Shown here: in pieces, positions 37,571-46,865 of the stretch
Layout: every line of letters starts with the position of its first letter
Numbering within the stretch: the first letter of the stretch is position 1
Virus record (IMG/VR): IMGVR_UViG_3300033273_000550
Coordinates: 1-64,000 of that record
DNA length: 64,000 bases
Direction: 5' to 3' (one strand)
Origin: a virus
Notes under the pieces: model-generated
The model's database searches: none
Told to the model about the DNA's origin: nothing
The model's input: the letters and a program-made list of their open reading frames with translations, nothing else
Position numbers and translations under genes: made by a program

Positions 37571-39832
37571 ATGAAAGGAACGTTATTCTCAGCAGATTTT
37601 GCTAAAGATAGAAATAATAATTTGAGGTTATTAGAGCTTAATACCGATACATCTTTTACAAGCGGTGCATTAAGCAACGTTAATTATTCAGAGCTATTTA
37701 ACGTAATTTCTTCTTCTAATATTTCAGAAGTACACGTTATATACAAAGACGTATATCACGGAACTTTTGTAAATGATCTATCAGCCTCTATTGCTGCATC
37801 AGATCAAATCTCAGTTACATTTAATAAGTATAAAGAGGATATCAATACTATTTACCCAACCACAGTAGAAGATGCTTCTAATAAATTTATTTTAAGATGC
37901 GCTTATGATGAATCGGCTATCTTCGATTCTACTTATTGTAAAGAGAAAGACGAAGTTCATAAATTATTTCATGATAACAACGATACTGGATCAGTAAGTG
38001 AGATTTACTTAACAGGCTCAGATGGACTTTACGACAGTCTTTATAGAAATGTTAACAGTGCCCTAGTTCCTGATTTCGTAGTTAAAAATTTAGATGATGT
38101 TCATGAATCACTTTCTTTCTATAAAGTAAAAGGGACTGGATCAGCAGTTGAAAATATAGATGCTTTTGTGAGTGGGTTACCTTCTTCAAGTATGGTAATA
38201 AATTATTACAATGACGATACAGAAACAGTTCATAAAGGATACAGAGCTTTCAATATTATTTACGGATCAGAATTAGACCTTATTAACTTAGCAAACATCG
38301 AAGTATCAGCAGTTTTAGATAAACCAACAGCACTCGCTTATGATAATGCTACTGTTAATAATCTAATTAACAATAAGCACTACTACGAATTTACTTCTAA
38401 CCACCCTACTTTTGATGGATATGGAGGAATTTTCGAATCAGATGAAATAGTAGATGTAAACGGAGATGCAGTTGCTATTGAAGATACAGTTGTTGGAAAT
38501 TCTTACCGATCTACTTTTATTTCTGGTTCACCTGATTCGGATAACATCGAAGTATTTACTCAATGGACATACCCTGGTAGTTCACTACCTTCAGGTTCTT
38601 ATGTTACTTCATCGGTATTAGTAAATAAGATTTCTCAAGACCTTCCTAATAACCTTATCTATCATATCCAAACAGCTGATAGTTCTTCTTTTAGAGTAAG
38701 TGCTAACCAGCATATGTTAGTCTTTGATTCAGGATCAAATCAACTTCAGTATAAGGATATTCACCACATAGATATTAATAATGATAAGTTACTTTCTATT
38801 TCTGGAAGTACAGTTGATATTGCTTCTAAAGATATTGAAGTCTTGGATGGTGACTATAAAACTTATATCCTGGATATGGAATCAGAAGATACGTTTATTC
38901 TTTATAATGGAGATTTAAATGTTAAGATTATTACCCACAACTGCTTTCCAGCAGGTACTAAAATTTTATTAGAAGACGGTTCATATAAGAATATAGAAGA
39001 AATTACAACTCAAGATGTTCTTTTAACATATAATAATGATAAAAAAGAATACGGACTTGGTAAAGTAGGTAGCATCAGGGTATCTACACAATCTAAACTA
39101 ATTAAGATTAATACTGAAAAAGAAGAACTTAAATCTACTCCTCGTCACAAAATGTTTACATCAGATGGATGGAAAGCAGCTGAAGAAGTAGCCGTCGGGG
39201 ATTCTCTCTTTAATAAACAAGGTGAATTAGTAGAGGTATTAAATATAGAAGTATTAGAAGGTGAGTTTGAAGTTTATCACCTAATTGACGTAAAAGATAA
39301 TCATACTTACTTTGCAGAAGATTTATTAGTTCATAACCTTAAAGCTGTTCCTACTTGTTTCTCTGCTGGTACTCGTATTACATTATCAAACCACGATGAA
39401 AAATTTATCGAAGATATTGTTGTTGGTGATGAAGTATTAGGATGGGATGGTGAGAAATTAGTTCCTGCTAAAGTAATTGCTGTCGATAGTAGACACACAG
39501 TTGGTGACTCTGCTGAAGGCTGTAAAACATTAGGAGAAGAACCATCATTATTCACAATAAATGAAATTGGAATTGAATTTACTGCTGAACACCCTTTCTA
39601 TACCAAAGATGGATGGAAGTCTTTAGTACCAGATGTTAGACAAGAGCCATTCTTATCACAGCAAGAACCTAAGAGTTTAAATGTTGGTGATTATGTACTA
39701 AACAATGGTGAGTGGGAAGAAATCAAAGAGATTAGAGTAGTTCGTTCAAATCCTGAAGAAAAAGTTTACAATATAACAGTTGAAGGTGTTCACTCTTATG
39801 TTGCTGATGGAGTTGTTGTTCATAACAAATAA
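37571..39832 (+). CDS. Circularly permuted ATP-grasp-like domain fused to three tandem Hint domains
   Basis: N-terminal DF...LRLLELNTD; Hint1 G286..HN457 (no Cys1); Hint2 C458..TPRH..HN589; LKAVPT; Hint3 C596..TAEH..HN752-K. Confidence 0.85.
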   Translation: MKGTLFSADFAKDRNNNLRLLELNTDTSFTSGALSNVNYSELFNVISSSNISEVHVIYKDVYHGTFVNDLSASIAASDQISVTFNKYKEDINTIYPTTVEDASNKFILRCAYDESAIFDSTYCKEKDEVHKLFHDNNDTGSVSEIYLTGSDGLYDSLYRNVNSALVPDFVVKNLDDVHESLSFYKVKGTGSAVENIDAFVSGLPSSSMVINYYNDDTETVHKGYRAFNIIYGSELDLINLANIEVSAVLDKPTALAYDNATVNNLINNKHYYEFTSNHPTFDGYGGIFESDEIVDVNGDAVAIEDTVVGNSYRSTFISGSPDSDNIEVFTQWTYPGSSLPSGSYVTSSVLVNKISQDLPNNLIYHIQTADSSSFRVSANQHMLVFDSGSNQLQYKDIHHIDINNDKLLSISGSTVDIASKDIEVLDGDYKTYILDMESEDTFILYNGDLNVKIITHNCFPAGTKILLEDGSYKNIEEITTQDVLLTYNNDKKEYGLGKVGSIRVSTQSKLIKINTEKEELKSTPRHKMFTSDGWKAAEEVAVGDSLFNKQGELVEVLNIEVLEGEFEVYHLIDVKDNHTYFAEDLLVHNLKAVPTCFSAGTRITLSNHDEKFIEDIVVGDEVLGWDGEKLVPAKVIAVDSRHTVGDSAEGCKTLGEEPSLFTINEIGIEFTAEHPFYTKDGWKSLVPDVRQEPFLSQQEPKSLNVGDYVLNNGEWEEIKEIRVVRSNPEEKVYNITVEGVHSYVADGVVVHNK

Positions 39833-39847
39833 TAAAAAGGATATATT

Positions 39848-39988
39848 ATGGCAATAGTATACAAAACATTTACAAGAGAACAAATGGAGTCTAGAAGCAT
39901 TACTAACGTAAGTGCTGCACAAAAGACTTCTATGCAAAATACTATTAGTAACTTTATTACTTATTTTAAAGCTAAACATTTATCATAA
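39848..39988 (+). CDS. 46-aa peptide, not in ORF track
   Basis: MAIVYKTFTREQMESRSITNVSAAQKTSMQNTISNFITYFKAKHLS; fills the gap exactly. Confidence 0.65.
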   Translation: MAIVYKTFTREQMESRSITNVSAAQKTSMQNTISNFITYFKAKHLS

Positions 39989-39997
39989 AAAGATAAA

Positions 39998-40525
39998 ATG
40001 AGTTATGTGCTTCTTTCCGAAGAAGAATGTCAATACGTAAAGAGTTTTTTTAGCGAAGATACTGCATTAGACGGTAAAGATCCTCTAGTACTTGATATAG
40101 ATTCTGAAAATACTATTTCGATTAAGCGAAAAGCTAGTGCGAAATACTTAGATGTTAGTGACCCTGAGCTTATTAGCTTCCTTATCGATAAACTCTCTCC
40201 TTTAAAAATTAAATCTATATCTAATAACACTGCTAAACTGGTAAGATATAGTCAAGGAGATTATTTCGCAAAGCATACAGACTTCTACAAGTACGGAAAC
40301 GGAGCTAGCTATAAAACACTAGTTATTCAACTATCTAACCCAGATGACTATAAAGGAGGAAATTTGGTTGTAAAAGACGTTCCTCAAAATAGGGAGTTAG
40401 GTTCTTTCTCTCTATTTAACAGTTCGGATATACACGAAGTTACATTGATTACCGAGGGTGAAAGATATTCTCTTACTTTATTCTTGGTTCATAACGATTT
40501 TATTCATAATTTATCTTTAATATGA
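39998..40525 (+). CDS. 2OG-Fe(II) oxygenase (prolyl-hydroxylase/PKHD type)
   Basis: RY..GD.F..HTD, DYKGG.L and HEV..I..G.RYSL motifs. Confidence 0.92.
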   Translation: MSYVLLSEEECQYVKSFFSEDTALDGKDPLVLDIDSENTISIKRKASAKYLDVSDPELISFLIDKLSPLKIKSISNNTAKLVRYSQGDYFAKHTDFYKYGNGASYKTLVIQLSNPDDYKGGNLVVKDVPQNRELGSFSLFNSSDIHEVTLITEGERYSLTLFLVHNDFIHNLSLI

Positions 40526-40917
40526 CATTAATTAGCCCAGATAAGTTAGAAGTAAAACTCTCTCCAATTCACGGATATGGAGTATTCGCTACTGAAGATA
40601 TTTTAAGAGGAGAAATTATAGAAGAGTGTTACGTAATTAAAATACCTGTCAAAAGAGGAGCAATGCCTCACTTATTTGCCGACTATAAATTTAAATGGAT
40701 AAATGAAAATGACGAAATAGAAGAAGTTCTACCTTTAGGATTCGGTTGCATTTATAATCATTCTAAGAATAATAACGCTCTTTGGAGACAGATTACTGAT
40801 AAAAAAGTAATTCAATTCTATGCGTTGAAAGATATTAAGAAAGGAGAAGAGATATGTCATTTCTACGGAGGAGATAAGTATTGGGATGCTAAAGCTAAAA
40901 TTCAAGAATTATCATGA
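40522..40917 (+). CDS. SET-domain lysine methyltransferase
   Basis: HG.GVFA, YNHS..NN and DI.KGEEI...Y motifs. Confidence 0.93.
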   Translation: MTLISPDKLEVKLSPIHGYGVFATEDILRGEIIEECYVIKIPVKRGAMPHLFADYKFKWINENDEIEEVLPLGFGCIYNHSKNNNALWRQITDKKVIQFYALKDIKKGEEICHFYGGDKYWDAKAKIQELS

Positions 40918-41495
40918 ACCTTTTTGATATAGCTTATACTAAAACTAATTTTAATCTTGACTGGAATAATATAAAACCTATTGCAGAAGAGTCTGTTAGT
41001 ATAGATAAACAGCATCACTTAGAAGAGCAAGGAGTAACATCATTTGAGAATACTGATATTCCAACAGAAGATTTAACTGAATTAGATTCTTATTATAACT
41101 TTATAATGCCTGAGGTTAGTTCTTTTGTTTTCGATACTTTAGGTTATTCTAGAGAGTATGAATTAGTAAAGCAGAATGCCTGGTTTTCTAAGTACCTTGA
41201 TAAAGGATTCGTTCGTCAACATTCACATGAAGAATCTGTAGCAGTAGCTTGTCTATATATTGAACTTCCATCTAATGCAGGTAACATAGAATTTAAACAC
41301 CCATATTATAATCACAGAAAAGATTATATCGTGAGTGATGATAGTTGGTTATGGAAAGAAGTAAAAGTAAAACAGAATGACGTTATCATTTTCGACTCAG
41401 CTATTTGGCACAGGTCCCAACCTAACTTAAGTGGCAAACAAAGATGGACTCTTACCACTAATTTTGGATTAAAAACTAAAGAAAAGCTTTTTTAA
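40914..41495 (+). CDS. 2OG-Fe(II) oxygenase (HxH type)
   Basis: W...Y.......HSH, G.I.F and H...PN....R..L..N motifs. Confidence 0.88.
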   Translation: MNLFDIAYTKTNFNLDWNNIKPIAEESVSIDKQHHLEEQGVTSFENTDIPTEDLTELDSYYNFIMPEVSSFVFDTLGYSREYELVKQNAWFSKYLDKGFVRQHSHEESVAVACLYIELPSNAGNIEFKHPYYNHRKDYIVSDDSWLWKEVKVKQNDVIIFDSAIWHRSQPNLSGKQRWTLTTNFGLKTKEKLF

Positions 41496-41537
41496 TCGAA
41501 GAGTTTTTCTTATATTATATATTATAAAACAAGTGTT

Positions 41538-41726
41538 ATGGAGAAGTTATATTTTTTACCTACTTACAAATTAAACCACTCAACTATTGATACAGTTATA
41601 CCTGGATCACATATTAGAGTTGGTGATTATTATTACGAACAACTTTCTAGAAGACCTAGAAATAGGAGAGTAAAACAATCCTTACTTAGTATGGATGAAA
41701 AAACTCAAATTCTTATTTTTAACTAA
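41538..41726 (+). CDS. Hypothetical protein
   Basis: TAATG-coupled to the next gene. Confidence 0.55.
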   Translation: MEKLYFLPTYKLNHSTIDTVIPGSHIRVGDYYYEQLSRRPRNRRVKQSLLSMDEKTQILIFN

Positions 41727-42085
41727 TGAAAGAACTTAACTGGACTTATATAATTATAGGAGCCGGTTTTACTTTTCTTGCTCAATTTGGTGCTTGGGTT
41801 CAGCATAATATGCAATTCAAGTATCCGGAACTAGACTATAAATGGTGGGGCTGGTATGCTTTAGGTATTCCTCTTACCTTTCTATTTCTTTTAGCTACAA
41901 AATATAATGTAGAAGGGTATGGAGGAAGTATCTGGGCAGGAAGGTTTGTAGGTTTTGCAATAGGTATTGCCATCTATGCAGTCTGTACTTGGATTGTATT
42001 TAAAGAGCCAATATCTACTAAAATTTTAGTTCAATTAATTTTATGTACAGCAATATTAGCTGTTCAAGCATTTTGGAAATCATAA
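41726..42085 (+). CDS. Four-TM DMT/SMR-like membrane protein
   Basis: Four hydrophobic helices with FKEPIS loop. Confidence 0.7.
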   Translation: MKELNWTYIIIGAGFTFLAQFGAWVQHNMQFKYPELDYKWWGWYALGIPLTFLFLLATKYNVEGYGGSIWAGRFVGFAIGIAIYAVCTWIVFKEPISTKILVQLILCTAILAVQAFWKS

Positions 42086-42086
42086 T

Positions 42087-42797
42087 ATGAATTTAGCAGT
42101 ATTAACAGATATTAAAAAAGAATCGGAAAAGAATTGGAGATTTATATTTGAGTCTCCTATACATAATGAGTTAAATTATATCTCAGGACAATTAGTACAG
42201 CTTCATAAAGTTAGAGAGGACGGTACTACTCTTGTTCGGAACTATTCTCTTGCCTCTTGGGCTGATGGTAGTAACTTATTTGAATTGATAGTTACCAATT
42301 TGGAAGGAGGAGAAATGTGTAACTATCTTTTTAACGAAGCACAAATTGGAGATGAAATTATATTTAGAGGACCTATGGGAGTATTTACTCTTCCGGAAAT
42401 TATAGACAGGCCGATTTACTTTGTATGTACCGGATCAGGAATTAGTCCTTTTAGATCTATGGCTAACGACGTAATTAGAAATAATATTCCATTTCAGAAG
42501 ATGAAATTATTCTTTGGAACTAGGACTGAGGCAGACTTACTCTACTTAGATGAAATGAGAGAGTTGGAAAGTATGAATCCTAATTTTGAATATAAAGCTT
42601 CTCTTTCGAGAGAAAGTAAACAAGGTTACCATTCAGGTTATATTCATGATGTTTACCTTGCTGAGTTAGAAAAAGAAGAAGTTAAACCCTTGGTATACTT
42701 TTGTGGTTGGAGTGGTATGATAAATGAAGGTAGACAGCATTTAATTGATAGAGGATTTGAAATGAAAAAAGATATCAGAGTAGAAATATTTGGTTAA
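42087..42797 (+). CDS. FAD/NAD(P)-binding oxidoreductase (FNR family)
   Basis: RNYSLAS, GP.G.F, TGSGISPFRSM and YFCG motifs. Confidence 0.93.
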   Translation: MNLAVLTDIKKESEKNWRFIFESPIHNELNYISGQLVQLHKVREDGTTLVRNYSLASWADGSNLFELIVTNLEGGEMCNYLFNEAQIGDEIIFRGPMGVFTLPEIIDRPIYFVCTGSGISPFRSMANDVIRNNIPFQKMKLFFGTRTEADLLYLDEMRELESMNPNFEYKASLSRESKQGYHSGYIHDVYLAELEKEEVKPLVYFCGWSGMINEGRQHLIDRGFEMKKDIRVEIFG

Positions 42798-42801
42798 CAA
42801 T

Positions 42802-44073
42802 ATGCTTAATAAGTTATTTGATCATCTGGTTATTATCTTTTTAATTTTAATTATGATTCTAGCAGCATCTTGCTCGGTTGAACCGATTGAGATTGAAAAG
42901 GAAAAAGTAGAAGTTAAAAAGTATAAATATAAAGTACCGTCTTACGAATGGGATACTTTTACTCCTCAAATTGACTACGCTAATATACTTTCCTCTTTTG
43001 GGTACTCAGACGTAGATAAGTCTAATTCAAATACATCTCTTGCTATTGCTGACTTTAATCAGGATGGGTATTTGGATTTATATTTTCAAAGCGGACTAGA
43101 AGGAGATGAGGTTATAGTAAAGCATAACTTTCTAATCTATATTCCGGAAGTAGATACATATACTCAAGAAATAGATTTTAAGTTTGATGAAACAACAACT
43201 GCTCTTTTATCTAGAAAAACTATCGTAGGAGATTTTAATAATGATAACAAACCAGATGTAATTAGAGTAGCAGGAGCACACGATAACTTAGACTACCCGA
43301 ATATTACTCTAAGTGATGAAGAAGGCTATGTCTTAAAAAATATTAATGATGCTCCTTTAAGTCAGTTTCATACTGTCTCTTCTGGTGACATAGATAATGA
43401 TGGAGATTTAGATTTATTCTTTGCCCATAATGGTCATCAAGATACTTTTGCAATTAATAGAGGAAACGGAGAATTTGATTGGGTAGCTATATCACAAGTT
43501 ATATTAAATTTTGAACCAGAAGAGCCGACAGACCTTAATTGGAGATATGGAATATGGACCTCTGAAATGTTTGATTTTAATGAGGACGGATTTATGGATT
43601 TAGTATTAGCTGGTACTTATCCGGATCCAAACTCTCCTTGGGAGAAGGGAACTAAGCTTGATGGTATAACTATTTTATTAGGAAGCGGTAACGGTAAGTT
43701 TGATTATAACAACTCTTTAATAGCTTTATCAGATGAGAGAATAATAGTTCATCATGATGTCGGGTATGGAGATGTGGACGGAGATGGATTCAATGAATTA
43801 TTCTCTATGGGCGGTACATTAGATAATAGAGAAATATTCGATGTATATAAGAATAATAACAATGCGACATTAAATTACTATTCAGATCAATGGATAGAAG
43901 GTAATGTTGTTGGAGAGAGTATAAAAGGAATTACTTGGTTATTAATTAAAGACATTGATAAAGATGGATATTTAGATATAACTGAGAACGAATCTACAAT
44001 CTTCCAGTTTACAGGTACAGTTCGGAATGCTTTAAGATGGGAATGGAACGGGAAAAAGTTTAAAAATAACTAG
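42802..44073 (+). CDS. Lipoprotein with FG-GAP/VCBS repeats
   Basis: Lipobox LAAS-C; repeated D(F/I)N.DG..D motifs. Confidence 0.88.
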   Translation: MLNKLFDHLVIIFLILIMILAASCSVEPIEIEKEKVEVKKYKYKVPSYEWDTFTPQIDYANILSSFGYSDVDKSNSNTSLAIADFNQDGYLDLYFQSGLEGDEVIVKHNFLIYIPEVDTYTQEIDFKFDETTTALLSRKTIVGDFNNDNKPDVIRVAGAHDNLDYPNITLSDEEGYVLKNINDAPLSQFHTVSSGDIDNDGDLDLFFAHNGHQDTFAINRGNGEFDWVAISQVILNFEPEEPTDLNWRYGIWTSEMFDFNEDGFMDLVLAGTYPDPNSPWEKGTKLDGITILLGSGNGKFDYNNSLIALSDERIIVHHDVGYGDVDGDGFNELFSMGGTLDNREIFDVYKNNNNATLNYYSDQWIEGNVVGESIKGITWLLIKDIDKDGYLDITENESTIFQFTGTVRNALRWEWNGKKFKNN

Positions 44074-44145
44074 TGTAAAAGTTGCTCGTCTGATCCAAAA
44101 GTACTATATTTAAGTATAGAAATTAATAAAACAATAAAGGTTATG
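44062..44145 (+). promoter_or_regulatory. Early promoter cassette
   Basis: AAAAATAAC...TTG(44082)-N20-TATATTTA...AATAAAGGTTATG. Confidence 0.85.
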
Positions 44146-45036
44146 AACAATTCATTTATTTTTGAAGCTCTTGCAGCAAAAGAGTCTAAACTTAATGCTA
44201 AATTAGAAAAAGCTAGACAAGCTGATAACGAAGCTTCTAAAGCTAAAGACGAAGCTATCAAGCAAGTTTATGTAAAATACTTCAGTGATATCGAAACTGA
44301 TTTAGTAGATGTTCAATTTGGTAGAACTTATGGTCATTCAGTAGAAATTACTGCTAGAGGTGACGAGTATGAAAAGCAAGTTTGGGACGAAGAGAAAGAG
44401 GATTACGTTATGAAAACTCTTTGGAGAACTAATGAAGTTGCTAATATTAAAGTTAGAGAAAAAAGTAGATATGATGATGAAAAATCTGATGCTCATTTTA
44501 CTGACTTAGGTATGAGCGTTTATTCTTCTTCTGATAACTACTCAGATTTTATGATCAACAGAATGTTGTTTAACGGTCAAGTTGCTATGATTATCAAAGA
44601 TTTTAAAGATGATATCTTAGCTGAATTAAATAAAGTTTACGAAGAGCAATCTGAGATTACTAAGAAGACTTGGAAAAAAGTTGACGATATTAGAAAGCAG
44701 CTTGATGATATTAGCGAGCAAAGAAGAAACTTTAGAGAAGATAATATTATTGAGGATCTTAAAAACGGTATCAAGATCTTAGGAGATAAGACTGCTTACA
44801 TCCAAGAAAGATACGATGATGGTACCGGAGGTATCGTTGAAGCTAAAATTACTAGAATGTCTTACTCAGGTAAGTCTGCTGACTTAGAAGTTAAGATTAA
44901 AGGTAGAAGATGGAATTCTGAAACTGAAGCTTACGAAGATACTATCTACGATAGAACTTTAACTAAAGTAAGAAAGCAAAGAATTTTAGATACTTTCGTA
45001 TCAGGATATAATAACTTGACATGGGAGAGAGTTTAA
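44143..45036 (+). CDS. Hypothetical early protein, coiled-coil rich
   Basis: 297-aa ORF behind cassette. Confidence 0.8.
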   Translation: MNNSFIFEALAAKESKLNAKLEKARQADNEASKAKDEAIKQVYVKYFSDIETDLVDVQFGRTYGHSVEITARGDEYEKQVWDEEKEDYVMKTLWRTNEVANIKVREKSRYDDEKSDAHFTDLGMSVYSSSDNYSDFMINRMLFNGQVAMIIKDFKDDILAELNKVYEEQSEITKKTWKKVDDIRKQLDDISEQRRNFREDNIIEDLKNGIKILGDKTAYIQERYDDGTGGIVEAKITRMSYSGKSADLEVKIKGRRWNSETEAYEDTIYDRTLTKVRKQRILDTFVSGYNNLTWERV

Positions 45037-45245
45037 ATTTGATCATAACCAAAACCAAATCGGTGATCGGTAGCTGTCAAAATATGGAACAGCTGCTGAT
45101 TGCCATGCGGTACTCTGACCTAGCGTCAAAACGAATGAGTAATCTCATAGGTAGACTTACTGTACAAGATAATGCAGATAAGTATAATAGATTCAGAAAA
45201 AACATAAAACTCTGGATTGAGGATAAAGTAAAAGAATTTAATTAA
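45021..45245 (+). CDS. Hypothetical protein
   Basis: ORF in operon. Confidence 0.6.
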   Translation: MGESLNLIITKTKSVIGSCQNMEQLLIAMRYSDLASKRMSNLIGRLTVQDNADKYNRFRKNIKLWIEDKVKEFN

Positions 45246-45249
45246 TTAT

Positions 45250-45447
45250 ATGTTAATAATAAAAATTGGTAAAAACGAAAATATAAACTCAGCGTTAAAA
45301 AGATTCAAACGTAAAGTTAAAAATACAGGAATGATTAAAGAGCTGAGAGAAAGACAACAGTTTGTTAAACCTTCAGTCGCTAAAAGAAAGTCAAAACAAC
45401 AGGCAATAAAGACTGAGAAATACAGAAGAGAAAATGAAGAAATCTAA
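45250..45447 (+). CDS. rpsU: Ribosomal protein bS21
   Basis: ENI..ALKRFKRK....G..KELR.RQ.F.KPS..KR. Confidence 0.95.
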   Translation: MLIIKIGKNENINSALKRFKRKVKNTGMIKELRERQQFVKPSVAKRKSKQQAIKTEKYRRENEEI

Positions 45448-45586
45448 AAGACAGTATCGTTCTACGCAAGGAAGAACTCCTAAACAATATGAGGATAGTA
45501 TGAGAGTAGTTGGCTTTGCTATGTTAATTTTAGCTGGAGGAGCATTTGTCGCTGCTATTGTTGAACTTATTGAAACAATATTCTAA
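45434..45586 (+). CDS. Small membrane protein (50 aa), not in ORF track
   Basis: MKKSKRQYRSTQGRTPKQ followed by a TM helix. Confidence 0.6.
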   Translation: MKKSKRQYRSTQGRTPKQYEDSMRVVGFAMLILAGGAFVAAIVELIETIF

Positions 45587-45587
45587 A

Positions 45588-45761
45588 ATGGGAAAATCTA
45601 AACGTGATATATACAAGGATGAAGAGAGATATTCTAGAGGAGAGTTGTCACAATTAGCTAGGAGAAAGATGATACAGAAGCATCACGGAGATGCCTCTAA
45701 GTACAAACGGAAGCCTAAGCACAAAGGGAAATACCTTCCGGAAGATGATGAAAATTTTTAA
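45588..45761 (+). CDS. Small basic hypothetical protein
   Basis: ATG at 45588; H....KY.RK.KHK. Confidence 0.65.
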   Translation: MGKSKRDIYKDEERYSRGELSQLARRKMIQKHHGDASKYKRKPKHKGKYLPEDDENF

Positions 45762-45836
45762 AAAATAACTGTGGAAATAGTTGCTAGTCTGAGTTGAAAG
45801 GACTATATTAAGGTATATTTAAAAATAAAGGTTATG
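45761..45836 (+). promoter_or_regulatory. Early promoter cassette
   Basis: AAAAATAAC...TTG(45781)-N20-TATATTAAGGTA...AATAAAGGTTATG. Confidence 0.85.
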
Positions 45837-46079
45837 TCAATTACAGCACAAAAGAAAGCTAACTTCAAAAAAGCACTTCAATTATTAATTAACGATTTCA
45901 ATGCTCATAACATTGACCATTCAGAAAGTGGAAGAATGAACTTCTGGGTTCCTAATGAGGATGGAGAGCCAGTAAGCGGAGAGATCTCTAGAGACTGTGA
46001 TGTGTGTTTTTGGGATGAGCCAGAGTTAGAAGATCAGATTAATCAAGCAATCGAATCTAAAATTCTTAACTTATGCTAG
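45834..46079 (+). CDS. Hypothetical early protein
   Basis: Behind cassette. Confidence 0.75.
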   Translation: MSITAQKKANFKKALQLLINDFNAHNIDHSESGRMNFWVPNEDGEPVSGEISRDCDVCFWDEPELEDQINQAIESKILNLC

Positions 46080-46270
46080 TACAGGATATGAAATTAGGTG
46101 AGGTGTACCTAATGGAAGGCCTCACCTCTTCCGGAAATAAGATTATGGCTCCAGTCAGGCTGGTAAGGTATAATGGGATGAATAAGTACGTTGTTGAGTC
46201 TGGTAACAGGCAAAGGATTACAATGTTACTAGATGGAAATGATACTATTTATACTAAAGAAGAATTATGA
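46073..46270 (+). CDS. Hypothetical protein
   Basis: Coupled ORF. Confidence 0.65.
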   Translation: MLVQDMKLGEVYLMEGLTSSGNKIMAPVRLVRYNGMNKYVVESGNRQRITMLLDGNDTIYTKEEL

Positions 46271-46656
46271 GCAAATACGACGTTTACGTTTACGATGATA
46301 AGAGAGCAGCATCTCATGCCGCTACAGGAACTAGTCTAAAGACTAAGTTGATTGGAATCACTTATGATGATTTGGTTAGCATTTTTGGGGAACCAATTTA
46401 TGGTCCAGGAGAAGGAGATAGTAGTATCAACTTTGAATGGGTAGTAGACTTTAACGGAGATACTTTTACTATCTACGACTGGAAGTATCCTGATGCTAAT
46501 TATGTGAAGAATGAATTAGGTCATGATGGAGGTATAAGCTTTCACATTGGAGGTAAGAAGTATGCTGGAGACTTTGAAGACTTTATTGAAGATGCTAAGA
46601 GCAAGGGATTAAAGTTTGGATCCAATAAACATGATGATGACGAATTACCATTCTAA
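46267..46656 (+). CDS. Hypothetical phage protein with SSB-like acidic C-terminus; paralog of 47312-47665
   Basis: TY.DLV..FGEP, NFEWV and T.YDWK shared; ends DDDELPF. Confidence 0.8.
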   Translation: MSKYDVYVYDDKRAASHAATGTSLKTKLIGITYDDLVSIFGEPIYGPGEGDSSINFEWVVDFNGDTFTIYDWKYPDANYVKNELGHDGGISFHIGGKKYAGDFEDFIEDAKSKGLKFGSNKHDDDELPF

Positions 46657-46865
46657 TGGTAGTACAAATTCCAATAACGGTTGCATACAAGAAGAAGTCT
46701 GGGTCTAAAGTCTGGTTAAAGACATTTACAGATCAGAGATGCCCAGATAGGATTATTAGTTTACGAGGAAGTCTTCTTCCAAAGGGATGTGAGATTCTAG
46801 ACTTAGGAGTCGGATCAGCATTCGAAAACCTTTACAGAAAAAAGTACAAACTTTCCGGAAAATAA
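46656..46865 (+). CDS. Hypothetical protein
   Basis: TAATG-coupled. Confidence 0.65.
   Translation: MVVQIPITVAYKKKSGSKVWLKTFTDQRCPDRIISLRGSLLPKGCEILDLGVGSAFENLYRKKYKLSGK

Noticed and set aside
38942-39829. Canonical selfish inteins
   Set aside because: No homing endonuclease and the +1 residues are Leu and Lys rather than C/S/T; treated as BIL-like Hint domains
44133-44145. AAAGG in AATAAAGGTTATG as a Shine-Dalgarno sequence
   Set aside because: Only 2 nt from ATG, too close for SD pairing; kept as part of the cassette
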